This document shows, piece after piece, positions 42,220 through 51,798 of a DNA stretch of 54,645 nt (positions are counted from its first letter, which is position 1; each line of letters opens with the position of its first letter). Under the pieces are notes generated by a model. The model searched no databases. It was given only the letters and a program-made list of their open reading frames with translations, and was not told the DNA's origin. The position numbers and the translations under genes are program-made. Location: positions 1 through 54,645 of IMG/VR virus record IMGVR_UViG_3300042562_001062; one strand, 5' to 3'. Source of the DNA: a virus (Duplodnaviria; Caudoviricetes).

Positions 42220-42967
42220 CACGGCTGACTTCTTCGACAGCGAGCAGCCCGTCAGCGATCCGCTGCGAGATGAACTGATTCGCATGATCCGCTCGCGGGA
42301 CGCTGCCACTCCCCGACATCTACAGGTGGAACTGGGTCCGAGCGATGTGTCCCACCCGTGTATGCGCCGGATGGCCTACGGCATCATGGCCGCACCAGGC
42401 GGCAACCCGTCCTTCGATCCGCTGCCGTCGATCATCGGCACGGCGGTGCATCACTGGCTCGACAGCGCCGCCCAGCACGCCAACGAGGTGCTGGGGCGCG
42501 AACGCTGGCTGACCGAAACGCGGGTGGAGGTCACACCGGGCCTGTCAGGTTCGTGCGACTTGTTCGACTGCGACACCGGGACGGTGATCGACTGGAAGGT
42601 GGTCGGGACACCCCGGCTGCGGAGCTACCGGAAAGATCCCGGCCCGGTCTACAAGTCACAGGTGCATCTGTATGCGCGTGGGTTTGAAAATGCCGGCCAC
42701 CAGGTGAAACGGGTTGCGATTGCGTTCGTCCCCCGCGGTGCGACGTTGCATAGCTTGCATGTGTGGAGCCAGGACTACGATCCAGCGGTTACCGATGCTG
42801 TGCTGGCGCGGCGCGAGCAGGTTATTTGCCTACTCAACGACTTTCAGGTTGACATAAATCCGGACAGGTATTCGTGGTTCCCGGTCGAGACTGTCGACTG
42901 CACGTTCTGCTCCTGGTACTCGCCTGATCCTTCTGGGCCGCTGCAATGCAAAGGGGATGGCTCATGA
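42212..42967 (+). CDS. Cas4/RecB-like PD-(D/E)XK exonuclease
   Basis: GPSD...C.RR, GSCD, IDWK, QVHLY, C-terminal CxxC...C. Confidence 0.85.
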   Translation: MSDTADFFDSEQPVSDPLRDELIRMIRSRDAATPRHLQVELGPSDVSHPCMRRMAYGIMAAPGGNPSFDPLPSIIGTAVHHWLDSAAQHANEVLGRERWLTETRVEVTPGLSGSCDLFDCDTGTVIDWKVVGTPRLRSYRKDPGPVYKSQVHLYARGFENAGHQVKRVAIAFVPRGATLHSLHVWSQDYDPAVTDAVLARREQVICLLNDFQVDINPDRYSWFPVETVDCTFCSWYSPDPSGPLQCKGDGS

Positions 42968-43140
42968 GCCTGAACTGCGCCGTGTGCGGATCGCAGGACG
43001 TCACCAAGACAGTGGACACCGAGGGTGGCCTGGCCGCGCTCTGCGACTTCCACTACGGGTTCGTCCTCGATGAGGCGGCGAAGGTCGAAGCGAGTGACAG
43101 CGCCGCTCGGCGCATGAAAGCTAAGGAGGCTGGGCTATGA
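42964..43140 (+). CDS. Small Zn-binding protein
   Basis: CAVCG...LCDFH; ATGA-coupled. Confidence 0.55.
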   Translation: MSLNCAVCGSQDVTKTVDTEGGLAALCDFHYGFVLDEAAKVEASDSAARRMKAKEAGL

Positions 43141-43316
43141 GCCGTTCGTTCCAGTGCGCTGTCTGCGGTCTGGGGTATCGCACCGACACTTCTGAGGCTG
43201 AGATGAATCGGGAATTCCTTCAATCCGGCATCACCAGCGGCGCGTCGCTGCTGAGTGCGTGCGACGAGTGCTACTCGCTCGCAATGAGAACTTCCCCTGG
43301 TCGCGGCCAGGGGTAG
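43137..43316 (+). CDS. Small Zn-binding protein (59 aa)
   Basis: MSRSFQCAVCG...CDECY; ATGA-coupled; read manually. Confidence 0.55.
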   Translation: MSRSFQCAVCGLGYRTDTSEAEMNREFLQSGITSGASLLSACDECYSLAMRTSPGRGQG

Positions 43317-43379
43317 GTGTTGCAAAACGCAACACAGCCACCACAAAAAATCACAACACACAGAGATTGGAAATTGACA

Positions 43380-43928
43380 ATGACATTAGGTGGATTCTTC
43401 GGGGGCGGCAAAGGCATCACTTGGCCTGACCAGCCTCCGAAAACGATCACCGGAACCATCACCGCTGTTCACGCACCCGAGCCGGTGAACGACCCGAAGA
43501 CGGGTCAGCCCACCGACCGGATGCAGGTCAGGATCGAACTCGAAACCACTGAGCGCGACCCTGAGCAGCAGTTCGACGACGGTGCCCGCACGCTGTACGT
43601 CAAGAGCTACATGCGTGGCGCTGTTGGTGACGCCCTGCGCCGAGCCGGGGCCAAGGAACCGGCGATCGGCGGCACGCTGACTGTGACGTTCGTCAGGACC
43701 GAACCGGCTGACCGGCCGGGGCTGTCTCCGTCGAAGCACTTCGAAGCTGTGTACGCACCGCCGTCTAAGGGTGTTGCGGAACACTTCGGCACGGCATCGC
43801 CTCCGGCACCGGCTGCACCGGCCGTGGCGAAACCGGCCGCAATTTCGGATGTCGCCTGGGCGGCGATGGACGACGCAACCAGGGCAACTGTTTCCGCCAC
43901 GATGGCGGCAACGGCGCCGCCCTTCTGA
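43380..43928 (+). CDS. Putative ssDNA-binding protein
   Basis: OB-fold-like core (ITGTI...DDGARTLYVK...GGTLTV) with Ala/Pro linker and PPF end; between exonuclease and primase. Confidence 0.6.
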   Translation: MTLGGFFGGGKGITWPDQPPKTITGTITAVHAPEPVNDPKTGQPTDRMQVRIELETTERDPEQQFDDGARTLYVKSYMRGAVGDALRRAGAKEPAIGGTLTVTFVRTEPADRPGLSPSKHFEAVYAPPSKGVAEHFGTASPPAPAAPAVAKPAAISDVAWAAMDDATRATVSATMAATAPPF

Positions 43929-43987
43929 GAACGTGCCCAACCGGAGTGTGCCCCCCCCCCGCCACTCCGGTTGGGCACCTCACGGTG

Positions 43988-44335
43988 ATGGACGAAATCA
44001 AAACGAAGAAGGTCACCTTCAGTACGGGGCTGCCCCGAGGGGCGTGCGCCACCTTCACCCACAACGGGCAGCGGTGGTTCGCCTACCCGCAGGACAAAGT
44101 TCAGGGACTGGGCGTTGTCATGGACCGTACGATCGGCACTGTCAGCCGACTCCGCGACGGATTAATTGATTGGATCAACCGGCATCCCGAGGATGCCGTC
44201 AGGGTGACTCGGCTTCTCAGCAGTGTTGCCACCGCACAACAGCTGGCCTCCGACAAAGCGGAGGCTTGGACGAATGGAGCGATCAATGAAGATTCCACTC
44301 CGAAAGCGGAGGAAGCCAGCGAAGCGGACACCTGA
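43988..44335 (+). CDS. Hypothetical protein
   Basis: ORF tiles the operon; start uncertain. Confidence 0.55.
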   Translation: MDEIKTKKVTFSTGLPRGACATFTHNGQRWFAYPQDKVQGLGVVMDRTIGTVSRLRDGLIDWINRHPEDAVRVTRLLSSVATAQQLASDKAEAWTNGAINEDSTPKAEEASEADT

Positions 44336-44513
44336 AAGTGTCATTCTTACCGGATTGCAGCAGGCCCACGGAATGTACCCGGCACGGATGATGCCCAGCG
44401 CCATCATCAGTTTGCTTAACGCCGCCGGGTTTGTGATCGTGTCCGAGATTGACTTGGATGCCGAGATCGCCCTCGCCTTCCAGGCCGGCGAAGAGAGTGG
44501 GCGCAACCAGTGA
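44286..44513 (+). CDS. Hypothetical protein
   Basis: GTGA-coupled to the primase. Confidence 0.5.
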   Translation: MKIPLRKRRKPAKRTPESVILTGLQQAHGMYPARMMPSAIISLLNAAGFVIVSEIDLDAEIALAFQAGEESGRNQ

Positions 44514-46822
44514 CGCTGCCCGACACCGCGAACATCGGTTACGCCGCCGCCGCTGAAATCTATTGGAATGCTGGCTGGCAGGGCGTCCTGCCATTGAAGC
44601 GCGGCTCCAAGTGGCCGCCACCGAAAGGCTTCACCGGGTACGACGGAGCCGACCCTTCCTACGCGGATATTCTTCAGTGGGGCGAGCTGTATGCTGATGG
44701 CAACCTGTGCCTCCGGTTGCCGGATGGCGTTATCGGTATCGACGTGGATGCTTACGGTGCCAAGACCGGCGCGGCGGCGTTCACGGAGGCGGTGAAACGC
44801 TGGGGTGCGCTGCCGGAGGGGCCGCAGTCATCAAGCCGCGACGGTGACCTGGTTTCGGGTTTGCGACTGTTCCGTGTGCCGCCGAACACTCTGCTGGAAA
44901 CAGTCATCGTGTTTCCTGAGATGTCTATCGGTGACATTGAGATCATTCAGAGGCATCACCGTTATGTGGTGTGCTGGCCGTCGCTTCATCCTGAGGGCCG
45001 CGACTATTGGTGGCGTAACTCGCAGGGGCAGCTTTTGGGTGTTCCCGGGTTGGACGACATCCCTTGGTTGCCGCAGCCGTGGATTGATGGGCTGAAGCTG
45101 ACGCCGAAGTCGCTGGACGTTTCCGTGGAGTTCGATACCCGTCAGGCGCTCACTGCCGGTGATCCGTCGCCGCTGGTGCAGGCGCGGCTCGCTGACGCGA
45201 TCAAGGAGATGAACCTGCCGGGGATGTCCCGGCATGACACTTGCCTCCGTCATGTCATGGCGATCCTGCGTCTGGGCGCGGAGGGGCAGTCGGGTGTGGA
45301 GTCGGCGCTGTCGCTGCTGCGTGAAGTGTTCATTGCTGTTCTCGCTGACCCGTCGCGGGGCGATACCCGTCCACGCGACATTGCGTTTTCCGAGTTCAAC
45401 CGCATGGTCAGCAACGGGAACGTGGCGCGGGAGCTTTCCCAGCCTGGGATTCTCGACTGGTTCCGTCTGATGTTGGAGAGTGGCGGTGACCCCGCCGCCC
45501 AATTTGCCAAGGCTGCACCGGCTGATAACGTCGAGGTCACCGCTGGTTCTGATGATACCGAACGGCCGAAGCCGATTGGCGAGCTTGAGGCGATTGAGCA
45601 GGACTTCTGGTCGGCGCGGGAGTCGCATCAGGTCATCTACCAGGCTGCCTTGGCGAGGATGGGTGCGCCGTGGGCGGTTTTCGCCGCCTGTGTCGCTCGC
45701 GTTGTTGCGCTGGTGCCGCCCACCATGACTTTGCCGCCGATCATCGGTGGCCGGGGATCGCTGAACTGGTACGGCGTGGTGGTCGCGGAGTCCGGCGGCG
45801 GCAAGGGGACCGCGATGTCGGTTGCTTCCGCGCTGGTCACCGGGGATGTCGATGTCAGGCCGATCGGTTCCGGTGAGGGGATGATCGAGTGCTACAACCG
45901 TCGCAGTGACGATCCGCAAACGTATGTCACGTCGGTGATGTTCGACGTTCCTGAGATCGACACGATCGGTGTGATGGGCGACAGGTCCGGTCAGACCACG
46001 TCGGTTGTTCTCCGTAACGGTTTCTCCGGCGAGCGGCTGGGGTTCACGTATCGCGGCAGGACTACCGCGCCGGTCGAGGCTCACACCTACCGGATGACGA
46101 TGCTTGTCGGGGCGCAGCCGTCGCGTGCAGGTGCCTTGTTGGAGGACGGCGGCGGCGGCACTCTGCAGCGGCTGATGTGGTTTCCCGGTATGGATCGTCG
46201 GGTGGTTGCCGATCCGACGCCGTACCCGGTGGACGGTATCGGGTTGGAACGAACGCTGAACGGCTTGTTTCCCCGCAGGGTGGAACTGCTCAATGCTGTC
46301 GGGCCGATTCCGGTGCCGCCGGAGGTGGAGACCGAGATACGCGAAGCGCGGGCTGCGTTTATGCGTAAGGAAGTCGACGGGGTGCGGGGCCACGCGTTGT
46401 TCGCGCAGGAGAAGGTGGCGTTCGCGCTGGCGTACATGGATGGGCGAATCGAGATCAACATGGAGGATTGGAGGCTCGCCAAGATTGTCAGTGCTGTGTC
46501 CGACTGGACGTTGGGCCGGGTTGGTGAGGCTTACCAGGAGTCACGTCTGAACGAGTTCAGGGATCGTGGTGTGCTGAAAGGCGCAGAGCACGCCGCCGCA
46601 GAGCGCAGCAAGGCTGCCGAGCAGATGACCGCCGCGGATCGGGTGCTGCGAAACATTCTGAGGAAGGTTGACAGGTCAGGCCCAAATGGGGTTCCCAACG
46701 GGGAGCTTGTCAATTCGATCCATTCTCGGGACCGCTCGCTGGTGAAGGGCGCGCTGGATTACGCAATCAGCCAGGGTGTTCTTGTCCTGGATGAGAACAC
46801 GAAAGTCTGGACTAGGCCTTGA
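44510..46822 (+). CDS. Bifunctional DNA primase/polymerase with C-terminal helicase-like domain
   Basis: Prim-pol motifs GW..VLPL, GNL..R, IGIDVD, YVV.WPS.HP; P-loop VAESGGGKG. Confidence 0.88.
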   Translation: MTLPDTANIGYAAAAEIYWNAGWQGVLPLKRGSKWPPPKGFTGYDGADPSYADILQWGELYADGNLCLRLPDGVIGIDVDAYGAKTGAAAFTEAVKRWGALPEGPQSSSRDGDLVSGLRLFRVPPNTLLETVIVFPEMSIGDIEIIQRHHRYVVCWPSLHPEGRDYWWRNSQGQLLGVPGLDDIPWLPQPWIDGLKLTPKSLDVSVEFDTRQALTAGDPSPLVQARLADAIKEMNLPGMSRHDTCLRHVMAILRLGAEGQSGVESALSLLREVFIAVLADPSRGDTRPRDIAFSEFNRMVSNGNVARELSQPGILDWFRLMLESGGDPAAQFAKAAPADNVEVTAGSDDTERPKPIGELEAIEQDFWSARESHQVIYQAALARMGAPWAVFAACVARVVALVPPTMTLPPIIGGRGSLNWYGVVVAESGGGKGTAMSVASALVTGDVDVRPIGSGEGMIECYNRRSDDPQTYVTSVMFDVPEIDTIGVMGDRSGQTTSVVLRNGFSGERLGFTYRGRTTAPVEAHTYRMTMLVGAQPSRAGALLEDGGGGTLQRLMWFPGMDRRVVADPTPYPVDGIGLERTLNGLFPRRVELLNAVGPIPVPPEVETEIREARAAFMRKEVDGVRGHALFAQEKVAFALAYMDGRIEINMEDWRLAKIVSAVSDWTLGRVGEAYQESRLNEFRDRGVLKGAEHAAAERSKAAEQMTAADRVLRNILRKVDRSGPNGVPNGELVNSIHSRDRSLVKGALDYAISQGVLVLDENTKVWTRP

Positions 46823-47126
46823 CCTTTGCCTTGAGTCGGCCCCGGGCGATGCGTCTGGGTTGGGTTCTCCGTTGCAAATTCCAGGGGAGCCACACGCCGG
46901 CGTAGAAACCGCCTGCCGCCTTGTCGGTGAGGGCGTATTGGGCGCATGGCATCAGGAGCGGGCATTCGGCGCAGATGGAAGACATCTCGCTGATTGCCCG
47001 CTCCGTTGGCTCGTAGTCATCTGTCCACGGCAAGTGTTGCGCACTGCAACACTTGGCACCTTCCCATCTATTTCTTGCCATAACGTCATCATAAACAGCG
47101 GCGTTTATTGACTTTATGATCGACAT
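46812..47126 (-). CDS. WhiB-like transcription factor
   Basis: W..A.C...ICAECPLLMPC..YAL....GFYAG; start may be 47081. Confidence 0.75.
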   Translation of the reverse strand: MSIIKSINAAVYDDVMARNRWEGAKCCSAQHLPWTDDYEPTERAISEMSSICAECPLLMPCAQYALTDKAAGGFYAGVWLPWNLQRRTQPRRIARGRLKAKVKA

Positions 47127-47144
47127 GCCGTTAATTTTGATGCC

Positions 47145-47573
47145 GTGGACAGCAAAGGAATTGCTGATCTGATCGCCAAGGGTTTGCGCGAAGGCCTGGC
47201 GCGACCCGGTCAGTCGAACGCCATTCTCTTGCCGCAGTTCCGGACTGCCGGAATGCCCAAGGAGATGGTCGAGCTTGCTGCGGAAACGGCTACCCTTTTG
47301 GGTGAGGCCATAGCGAGCCTTATTGAAACCGAAGGCGGGGTTGAGATGATCGCCAAGGAAGAGGTCGCGGAGTTACGCGAGCGAGCGCGTGTCGTTGAAC
47401 ACGATTCGGCCAAGAGGGTTGTTCCGGTTCACTGCCGGTGCGACAAGAGCCGCTCTCGTCCGCTGGCCGTCCTCACTGTCACTGATTCCCCAGCGGTTGT
47501 TATTGACGGAAAGCAGTTGATCGGAAGCCTTTCCAAACTTTCTCCCGAATGCCCACACGGAATCCTGTCATGA
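47145..47573 (+). CDS. Hypothetical protein
   Basis: 142-aa ORF. Confidence 0.65.
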   Translation: MDSKGIADLIAKGLREGLARPGQSNAILLPQFRTAGMPKEMVELAAETATLLGEAIASLIETEGGVEMIAKEEVAELRERARVVEHDSAKRVVPVHCRCDKSRSRPLAVLTVTDSPAVVIDGKQLIGSLSKLSPECPHGILS

Positions 47574-47821
47574 TTCCTCGCGTTTGCCTTACCGTCGATG
47601 GAAGCGTTGTCTTCGACGACACTCTTGACGAGTGGAAGCACACCCCGCCCGACTACTTCAAAGATGCGCTCAGGCAGGACGTCAGTCCGGAGCCGTGGCT
47701 TAAGGCGATCATGATCGTCATGGCTGATTCGGCGATGACGGGGAGCAGTGTCAGCATTGAGGCGATCACAGGAAAGTCCGAGTGGTCGATACGCGTGGTC
47801 AATCACGGAAAGGATCTGTGA
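47570..47821 (+). CDS. Hypothetical protein
   Basis: ATGA-coupled ORF. Confidence 0.6.
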   Translation: MIPRVCLTVDGSVVFDDTLDEWKHTPPDYFKDALRQDVSPEPWLKAIMIVMADSAMTGSSVSIEAITGKSEWSIRVVNHGKDL

Positions 47822-48132
47822 TGGCCCGAGGGAGACTCACCAGTTACCGCTGGCAGAAGTTGCGCTTGCAAGTGATCCGCGAAGAGCCGGTGTGCCGGTT
47901 GCGGCTGTCGTGCTGCACTTGGCGGTCGACTACCGCCGACCACATCATCCCGGTCAGCCACCGGCCCGACTTGAAGTACATGCGGCAGAATCTTCGTGGC
48001 AGCTGCCAGCCTTGCAACATGCGCCGGAAGGCCCGGCCGTTGTCGGAGGTTCGTGCCGAGGACAAGCTGTTGCGGAGGTCTGCGTCGAAACCGGCGGCGG
48101 CCTTGGAGTTTTTCAAGGAGGAATCGCGTTGA
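47821..48132 (+). CDS. HNH endonuclease (packaging-associated)
   Basis: WQKLR..V...C...TADHIIP...NLRGSCQPCN; precedes the terminase. Confidence 0.88.
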   Translation: MARGRLTSYRWQKLRLQVIREEPVCRLRLSCCTWRSTTADHIIPVSHRPDLKYMRQNLRGSCQPCNMRRKARPLSEVRAEDKLLRRSASKPAAALEFFKEESR

Positions 48133-48377
48133 GTGTTTCAGCGGCCGCGGCCAGCGGTGACGAACTCAAACTTCTGTACGCCATTCGGGATCGGCTGGCC
48201 GAGGCCATCGAAGATTGTCCGATGCGTGATTTGTCTCCGCTGACCAGGCGCTTGCAGGACACGGTGAAAGAGATACGCGACCTGGAAGAGCGGCAGAAGA
48301 AGGAAAGCGGTGAGTCTGATGGCATCGGGAAAGGGAAAGCCGCCCGCGGAAATTGGGACGTCGCCAGCGACCTCTGA
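48129..48377 (+). CDS. Terminase small subunit
   Basis: GD...L.AIRDRLA.AI..C..RDL..LTRRL pattern; TTGA-coupled, between HNH and TerL. Confidence 0.7.
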   Translation: MSVSAAAASGDELKLLYAIRDRLAEAIEDCPMRDLSPLTRRLQDTVKEIRDLEERQKKESGESDGIGKGKAARGNWDVASDL

Positions 48378-49791
48378 GGATCGGCTCGACCGCAAGCTGT
48401 CCGAGGTTTCCAGGAAGCTAGTTGTTCCTTCTGGGATCACCGGGTCGTACTGGCCGGTTGTCCGTAAAACGTGCAACGAGCGCATGGGTATATCTCTGGA
48501 TCGTTGGCAGGAAGGTATCGCTGGGTTGCTGTTGGCGCACCGCGAGGATGGTGTGGTCGCCCACACCGTCGGGGGGTTCGGCATCAGCTTGCCCCGTCAG
48601 GTTGGGAAAACCTACACGTTGATGGCTGTGGCGTTCGGGATGGCTGTGGAGTATCCCGGCTTGCTGGGAATCTGGACGTCCCATCATGTGAAAACGAACA
48701 GCGAATCGTTTCAGGCTGTGCAGGCGTTCTGTAAACGCGAGAAGATCAAGCCGTTCGTCAAGAAGGTGATTCTCGGTTCCGGTGATGAGGCTGTCGAGTT
48801 TGTCAACGGTTCCCGCATCTTGTTTGGTGCGCGTGAGCGCGGGTTTGGCCGCGGCATTCCCGGTGTGGACATGCTGGTATCGGATGAGGCGCAGATCCTG
48901 TCTCAGCGCGCCATGCAGGACATGCTCGCCACGCTGAATACGTCGCGGCTCGGTTTGCACATCTATGTGGGCACCCCGCCGAAGCCGTCCGACAACTCGG
49001 AGATGTTCTCCGTGATGCGCCGCGAGGCGTGGTCCGGTGATGCCACCGATCTGGCGTGGGTTGAGTGCAGCGCCGACGACGACGCAGACATTGACGATGT
49101 GGATCAGTGGTTGAAGGCTAATGCGTCGTGCCCGCACAGGACGCCGGTGGTGTCCATTCAGCGACTTCGCCGCCGGCTCGACGACAGCGGGTTCCGGCGT
49201 GAGGCGTTGGGTATCTGGGATTCTGACGAGGCGAGCGCATTTGACCTTGCGGCGTGGAGCGATCTCGCTGACCGGGGGGCCGACACGCCGTCGAGTGCCG
49301 CCATTGTTGTCGATATGAGTCCGGATCGTCGGCATTGCTGGATTGGTGTCGCCGGTGAGATTGACACCGACGATGGGTCGCGGGTGTTGCTGATGGCTAC
49401 CGAGGTCAAGGCTCGCGATGCTGTCGCTCAGGTGCAGAAGTTAATTGACAACCGAATCATCGTGGAGGTTTCGATCACCAGCGGGGCAGCTCGTTCTCTT
49501 GAGCCTGCGCTGGTGGAAGCGGCTATCGAGTACAAGCGTCTTTCTCAGACCGATATGGCCGCTGCTTACTCCACGATGCAGGAGGCGATCAAGGATGAAA
49601 AGATTCGCCATCTTGACCAGGAAGAGCTGAACACTGCAATGGCGATGACTAGAACGCGGTTCATCGTATCGGGGGAATCCGAGGTGTTCGACCGCCGGAA
49701 ATACAGCGTTGATGTGTCACCGGCGGTGGCGTGCGCGTGCGCGCTGTACCGCTACGGCATGTCTGCCGCGCCGATGCCGATGCTGTTATGA
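48310..49791 (+). CDS. terL: Terminase large subunit
   Basis: PRQVGKT Walker A, LVSDEAQ Walker B, GTPP, RREALGIW, nuclease D at VVDMSPD. Confidence 0.92.
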   Translation: MSLMASGKGKPPAEIGTSPATSEDRLDRKLSEVSRKLVVPSGITGSYWPVVRKTCNERMGISLDRWQEGIAGLLLAHREDGVVAHTVGGFGISLPRQVGKTYTLMAVAFGMAVEYPGLLGIWTSHHVKTNSESFQAVQAFCKREKIKPFVKKVILGSGDEAVEFVNGSRILFGARERGFGRGIPGVDMLVSDEAQILSQRAMQDMLATLNTSRLGLHIYVGTPPKPSDNSEMFSVMRREAWSGDATDLAWVECSADDDADIDDVDQWLKANASCPHRTPVVSIQRLRRRLDDSGFRREALGIWDSDEASAFDLAAWSDLADRGADTPSSAAIVVDMSPDRRHCWIGVAGEIDTDDGSRVLLMATEVKARDAVAQVQKLIDNRIIVEVSITSGAARSLEPALVEAAIEYKRLSQTDMAAAYSTMQEAIKDEKIRHLDQEELNTAMAMTRTRFIVSGESEVFDRRKYSVDVSPAVACACALYRYGMSAAPMPMLL

Positions 49792-49841
49792 GGGTGTTGC
49801 GGTATGCAACACCCTAGAATGAATGAACCGTAATATGGGAG

Positions 49842-51074
49842 GTGAGTCCGATCTCATTTTGGTCTTGGCTAAAGGGTGAAACTGCCAGTGGGGTGACGCC
49901 CAATGGAAATCCGGGTTCGCCGCATAATCCTGGCGATCCGGACATGATGGATATTAGTGCCCTCACCGACTTCCCTGAGTCGCGTGCGCTCCCGTGGCCT
50001 CAGCCTTCCCCGTGGTCGGGGTATCCCGAAAACTGGTCAACCCCAAACTGGGAGTCGGGGCATCAGATCAAGAGCTTGGTTGACGTTGCCTGGGCGTGTA
50101 TCGACCTCAATTCGTCGGTGCTGAGTTCGATGCCGATTTACCGGCTTCGCAATGGGTATGTCATCAAGGCTTTGCCGTGGATGAGTAATCCTGATCCGAG
50201 TGTTTACAGTTCTTGGCAGGAGTTCGCCAAGCAGCTGTTCTGGGATTACCACCTTGGCGAGGCGTTTGTGTTGCCGATGGCGCATGACGCTGAGGGGTAT
50301 CCCATCCGGTTCCGTGTTATTCCTCCGTGGCTGGTTCAGGTCGAACTGAACGGCGGGATGCGCGAGTACAGGCTCGGCTCCCTGGATGTCACTAAGGAAA
50401 TCCTGCATATCCGCTATCAGACAACGATGGATGATCCCCGCGGGCACGGCCCGTTGGAGTCTGCTACTGAGCGGGCGGTCACTATCGGCTTGCTGCAGAG
50501 GTACACCCAGAACTTGGCCGAAACGGGTGGCGTTCCACTGTACTGGTTGGGCATTGACCGCAAGATCAGCCAGTCTGAGGCGACGGATTTGATGGATCGG
50601 TGGATCGAATCTCGCAGCCGATACTCGGGCCATCCCGCGCTGGTGTCCAACGGTGCAACTCTTCATCAGGCCAAAACGATGAACGCCAGCGAAATGAGCT
50701 TGATGGAGATGACGCAGTTCGCTGAGGCGCGGCTGGCGATCCTGCTCGGTGTTCCCCCGTTTCTCGTTGGGCTTCCTGGGGCAACCGGCTCGCTTACTTA
50801 CTCCAACATTGAGCAGCTGTTCGGGTTCCATGACCGTTCCAGTCTGCGGCCGAAAGCCAACGCTGTCATGGCGGCGTTGAGCGGGTGGGCGCTTCCAGGT
50901 CCGCAGACCGTAGAGCTGAACCGTGATGATTACACCCGGCCCAGCCTTGTTGACCGCGCCAATTCTTACAAGACTTTGATCGAAGCGGGTGTGATGACAC
51001 CGGATGAAGCGCGTGCGATGGAGCGCCTGAATGGGGAGCCGGCCGCGTCAAGGCTTTCCGGGGGGATGGATTAG
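49842..51074 (+). CDS. Portal protein (HK97-like)
   Basis: VAWACID...LSSMP, GEAF, ILHIR, G.GPL, LGVPPFLVG, TYSNIEQ, MTPDEAR.ME. Confidence 0.92.
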   Translation: MSPISFWSWLKGETASGVTPNGNPGSPHNPGDPDMMDISALTDFPESRALPWPQPSPWSGYPENWSTPNWESGHQIKSLVDVAWACIDLNSSVLSSMPIYRLRNGYVIKALPWMSNPDPSVYSSWQEFAKQLFWDYHLGEAFVLPMAHDAEGYPIRFRVIPPWLVQVELNGGMREYRLGSLDVTKEILHIRYQTTMDDPRGHGPLESATERAVTIGLLQRYTQNLAETGGVPLYWLGIDRKISQSEATDLMDRWIESRSRYSGHPALVSNGATLHQAKTMNASEMSLMEMTQFAEARLAILLGVPPFLVGLPGATGSLTYSNIEQLFGFHDRSSLRPKANAVMAALSGWALPGPQTVELNRDDYTRPSLVDRANSYKTLIEAGVMTPDEARAMERLNGEPAASRLSGGMD

Positions 51075-51076
51075 AT

Positions 51077-51532
51077 ATGCCGGATACTGCAGCAAGCCAT
51101 CCGTCAACTTGGATCGGGTTAGCGGGCGTATTGCTCGTTGTGGCAGGACCGATTATAACAACTCTCATATCATCTCGCCGTATTCAGAGATCACAAACGT
51201 TGCACGACAAGAAGATTGGCGCTGAAGTAGATTTGGTCAAAGATCAAATCGTGAACAATCACGGCAACTCTGCGACCAACTTACGCGAGGATCTTGACCG
51301 GGTAATCCACACCGGAGAACAAAGTCACGAACTGCTTCTCAACACTCATAAGATGTTGACAGACCACAACTCTCACATACTGCGTCTTGGAGAAAAGGTC
51401 AATGACCATAGCAACAGCATCAAAGAAATAAGCAAAAACGTCAACGATCTGCACGGCAGGCTGAACAGAGTGCTGCCGGATCAAAGAAATAATAAAAACA
51501 AAAACATTGAAGCAGAAGATCATGATGGCTAG
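51077..51532 (+). CDS. Membrane-anchored coiled-coil protein (DUF2746-like)
   Basis: N-terminal TM segment; VKDQIVNNH....TNLREDLD. Confidence 0.7.
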   Translation: MPDTAASHPSTWIGLAGVLLVVAGPIITTLISSRRIQRSQTLHDKKIGAEVDLVKDQIVNNHGNSATNLREDLDRVIHTGEQSHELLLNTHKMLTDHNSHILRLGEKVNDHSNSIKEISKNVNDLHGRLNRVLPDQRNNKNKNIEAEDHDG

Positions 51533-51540
51533 GAGGCGTT

Positions 51541-51699
51541 GTGATCACTACCATCGAAGTCACCTTATCCCGGGTCATCACTGATGATGGCCACATGATC
51601 GTGCAAGTGGTAACCCCGGAGCAGTACAACGTCGTGGAAATTCTCGGCCTCCTCGAGGCCGCGAAGTTCCACATCTACCGGCAAATGGAAGATCAGTGA
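51541..51699 (+). CDS. Small hypothetical protein (52 aa)
   Basis: SD AGGAGG; MITTIEVTLSRVI...EILGLLEAAK; read manually. Confidence 0.6.
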   Translation: MITTIEVTLSRVITDDGHMIVQVVTPEQYNVVEILGLLEAAKFHIYRQMEDQ

Positions 51700-51798
51700 C
51701 CGCATCGTTGCGGTAGTTCTGCACGACATGCACATCAAACATGCAGCGTTGAGGTAGCCTGACCGTGAGAATGGACGACGTTGGAGGTAGTCGGGAAC

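Noticed and set aside
43771-43784. Additional palindromic site GTGTTGCGGAACAC
   Set aside because: Only a half-site with wrong spacing; not counted.
44831-46393. 520-aa minus-strand ORF
   Set aside because: Antisense shadow of the primase/polymerase.
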